From assembly GCA_038727095.1 (NCBI GenBank), contig JAVYWK010000001.1, forward strand, positions 32,001 through 96,000: a stretch of DNA of 64,000 nt, in the 5' to 3' direction. Under the pieces are notes generated by a model. It made no database searches. It saw nothing but the letters and a program-made list of their open reading frames with translations, and was not told the origin of the DNA. The translations under genes and the position numbers were made by a program. Positions 61,300-64,000 of the stretch are shown piece after piece; the stretch's first letter is position 1; each line of letters begins with the position of its first letter. Source of the DNA: Thermofilaceae archaeon (GTDB lineage: Archaea > Thermoproteota > Thermoprotei > Thermofilales > Thermofilaceae).

Positions 61300-62175
61300 A
61301 TGACGCTGAACTGCTTTGTTTACTGCCCTAAGCTCGGATACGCGTTAAGCTTTAGTGAGATCAAGGGGATACTGCTTAGAAGAGAGGGAGAGGGGCGTTT
61401 CAACCAAAGCGTCAACCTTGGTAAAAATCTAATCGAAGCTGCGATCGAGGGAGGCGAAGTAAGGTTAGGCCCCTTCTCGGTATCCCTCGAGGAGGTGGAA
61501 AAAGCTGCCGCCTCGGGAGATGCGACGCATGTGTTCTTCCTGTCAAAGGAGGGCCTTGAGAAGATCGCCTTTTACCGCGAGGGGCGTTACTACAAGCTCA
61601 GAAATGTGGGTGAAGGTAAGGCGCCCACACTCGAGATATCTGGGATACACATGCACAACATTGAGAGTACAGACCCGTGGAGTGATGCAAAACGCAAGGT
61701 CGACAAGTTGAGAATACGAAGCGGAAGCGTAGTTCTCGATGTATGCACGGGCTTAGGGTACACCGCGTCCCACGCGGCGCTTCGCGGTGCAACCGTTGTC
61801 ACGATTGAGAAGGACCCTGCTGTGCTTCAGATTGCAGAATTTAACCCCTGGAGCCACCTACTTGCTAGCCCCAGCATAACGATAATTCTCGGAGACGCTT
61901 TCGAGGTCCTTGAAGAGCTACCTGAGAACTTTTTCGACGCCGCCGTCCACGATCCACCACGGTTCTCTCTCGCCGGAGAACTTTACAGCCTCGAATTCTA
62001 CAGAAGATTGCGCCGAGTGCTGAAAAAAGGGGCTAGAGTCTTCCACTTCACAGGTTGGCCGGGAAAGCATCGGGGGTTGAACATACAAGCGGGTGTTGTA
62101 CGTAGATTAAGAGCGGCCGGATTCGAAACGATAGAAATTGTGAAAGGATACGGCGTGGTAGCTCAGTCAGTATAA
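61300..62175 (+). CDS. Archaeal SAM-dependent methyltransferase (COG2521-like)
   Basis: PTLEISGIHMH, DVCTGLGYTA, NPWS, HDPPRF. Confidence 0.85.
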   Translation: MTLNCFVYCPKLGYALSFSEIKGILLRREGEGRFNQSVNLGKNLIEAAIEGGEVRLGPFSVSLEEVEKAAASGDATHVFFLSKEGLEKIAFYREGRYYKLRNVGEGKAPTLEISGIHMHNIESTDPWSDAKRKVDKLRIRSGSVVLDVCTGLGYTASHAALRGATVVTIEKDPAVLQIAEFNPWSHLLASPSITIILGDAFEVLEELPENFFDAAVHDPPRFSLAGELYSLEFYRRLRRVLKKGARVFHFTGWPGKHRGLNIQAGVVRRLRAAGFETIEIVKGYGVVAQSV

Positions 62176-62432
62176 CGGCGGAGCGAATCAATGCTGCACA
62201 CATGCTAAAGAGCCAATCTAGGAAAGGGGAATAAAAGGTGAAGAAATAGTAAAGTGCTCCGCATCCCGGCTCGCTCGACGACCGGGGCTATGCAGGCTTT
62301 CGGGCCAGCCTCCCTTCAACTGAAGTACTATCGTGAGGCAGCCCCCTAAAGGCGTCGGGAAGTGGGCGAGTAAGCTGCCGCCCTAAAGCGCGGTTGGCTC
62401 CATGATCTTCCAAGGACAAAAGTTGGGACCAA

Positions 62433-62891
62433 CTACGTGTGGGCTGTTTTCCTTGACTTAAGCTCGAGCATCACTTTCCTTTTCCATCCAGAGCTCTCGA
62501 TTTTCCGCACAACTCTTGATAACGCGCCTGGCGAGAATGTCGCTAATGCTGCATACTTTACGATTTGTGGTGATCCACTACTGTACAGGGAACATAGGAT
62601 CGTCCTTCCCTTAAATTTGAGAAGTAATCTTTCTTCATAGAATTTTTCCGGATTGAAACCTAACATTTTAAGTGTATTACTTATAACTTGAAATTGTCTT
62701 TCATATCTCTTATAAACTTTAGCGTGATCGATGGCTTTTATGCCAGCTATAAATAGGTCTATCATTGTAACAGCTGGATCTTTACCAACCTCAAGCACAG
62801 CGACTCCCGTGGGGGGTCTGTACAGGTGAACTCCTCGCATTCGGAATGCCTCTGCACAGCTCTTTAAAAAGCTCGCGTGTATAGAAACCAT
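62433..62891 (-). CDS. Hypothetical protein
   Basis: 152-aa ORF, no recognised motif. Confidence 0.6.
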   Translation of the reverse strand: MVSIHASFLKSCAEAFRMRGVHLYRPPTGVAVLEVGKDPAVTMIDLFIAGIKAIDHAKVYKRYERQFQVISNTLKMLGFNPEKFYEERLLLKFKGRTILCSLYSSGSPQIVKYAALATFSPGALSRVVRKIESSGWKRKVMLELKSRKTAHT

Positions 62892-62947
62892 AGAGAGCCC
62901 CTCTTGCACAGTAACCCATTTAAGCTCTAGACGGGACCCTGATTCTA

Positions 62948-63047
62948 GCGGCCGTCGCCTAGTCTGGACTAGGGCGCCGGCCCTCCGCGCCGGAGCGCGG
63001 CACCAGCCGCACGGACGACCCGGGTTCGAATCCCGGCGGCCGCACCA
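62948..63047 (+). tRNA. tRNA-Gly(TCC) with a 21-nt variable-region intron
   Basis: Identical to the 58146-58245 gene except position 34; loop CCTCCGC. Confidence 0.88.
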
Positions 63048-63191
63048 TTCTCACGTAGCTGTCTCTAGACCCAAGGAATAAAATGTAGAAGGATAACACA
63101 TGTTTGTGGGATGGTAGCCGACAGGGGAATCATGAAAATGAAGCGTAATGTCGGTAGGCAGGCAGAGTGAAGAAGCCGTTAAAGCTAGTCT

Positions 63192-63881
63192 CTAGCGTGG
63201 GATTATTCTGGTACCGATACGTTCTCCCTTTAATGCCCGTAGGATGTTGGTTGGAGGTTTCCCTGAGATAACAAAAGTGGTAACTCTGCTTCTCCTTATG
63301 ATCGAGAGGGTCATGGGGTCTAGGAGACGGTACCCGCCGGCCACGAGATTCCCGGCAAAAATCCCCTCGATGTCGCTTACCGTAACCTCATCGAACTTTC
63401 TCGCATGGGGGTTCCTTTTAGGATCATCGTCGTATACGCCGTCCACGTCGGTGGCGATAACTAGCTTCTCCGCGTTTAAAGCCTCGGCTAGGAGAGCAGC
63501 TACTGTCGTCGTTGACTGTGCCGGCTGGAGCCCACCGATAAAGATCACCTTCCAGACTGGTAACGCTGCCACAGCCTCGTGCAGGGAGGAGGGTATTTGG
63601 GGGGGCGCGACGTTATGAAAGTAAGCCCATAATAATGCAGCATTGACCGCTGCCAATCTGAGTCCAATGACATCGAGAGTTGACTCGTTCAACCCGAGGC
63701 TTCGACCCCAGCCAATGTACTTGCGGGCGATTTCGCCGCCGCCGACAGTAACGGCGATACAATCGTAGAGCTGTAGAGCCTCGTTCAGAACTTCCTTAAG
63801 GCCGCGAAGGTAATCCAAGTTAAGCTCCATTCCGTCGAAGAGGACGTGACCCCCTAGTTTCACCACCGTGCTACGGAACAT
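63192..63881 (-). CDS. pyrH: Uridylate kinase
   Basis: KLGG, VGGG, PAQSTTTVAA, TDVDGVYDDDP. Confidence 0.93.
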   Translation of the reverse strand: MFRSTVVKLGGHVLFDGMELNLDYLRGLKEVLNEALQLYDCIAVTVGGGEIARKYIGWGRSLGLNESTLDVIGLRLAAVNAALLWAYFHNVAPPQIPSSLHEAVAALPVWKVIFIGGLQPAQSTTTVAALLAEALNAEKLVIATDVDGVYDDDPKRNPHARKFDEVTVSDIEGIFAGNLVAGGYRLLDPMTLSIIRRSRVTTFVISGKPPTNILRALKGERIGTRIIPR

Positions 63882-64000
63882 ACCGAAGTGGCTTTACGAT
63901 TCTACCTTTTAAGGATTCGCGCAGCTAGAGGAAGATCGGCTAAAAAGCAGGTTTAAAAACATGAGCTGGCACACTAGCGCAGGCGATAGGTGATGCGAGG

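Noticed and set aside
58146-63047. Integrated virus or plasmid between tRNA att sites
   Set aside because: Repeats are inverted, full-length genes, and no integrase or viral genes are present.
63145-63190. C/D-like words ATGAAGC and GTGAAGA
   Set aside because: No proper D boxes; the putative guide matches 16S in sense orientation.

Overview
GC-rich archaeal chromosomal window. Gene content, the 16S-23S operon with no spacer tRNA and no linked 5S, and multi-intron tRNAs point to Thermoproteota, most likely a Thermofilum-like member of the Thermoproteales. Most of the window is housekeeping: cdc6, rfcL/S, aIF2-gamma, aIF5B, ribosomal proteins, aCPSF1, proteasome beta, spt5/secE/ftsY, archease/rtcB, dnaG, pyrH. 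It also holds one rRNA operon, five intron-containing tRNAs and five C/D-box sRNAs whose guides match the rRNA in this window. The most unusual elements are: (i) a four-gene operon joining an ABC exporter-DUF1854-like fusion, a pyrrolysine-free MtmB methyltransferase and a split SAF/UxaA-type lyase; (ii) a wHTH / inactive RadA fragment / divergent RadA operon with a palindrome over its promoter; (iii) a SerK-like kinase / ATP-cone wHTH protein / ApgM operon; (iv) several unassigned structured intergenic RNA candidates, one directly upstream of cdc6; (v) two near-identical inverted tRNA-Gly genes with C33, flanking a CdvA-like gene. All family calls come from motif recognition by eye. No database searches were run.
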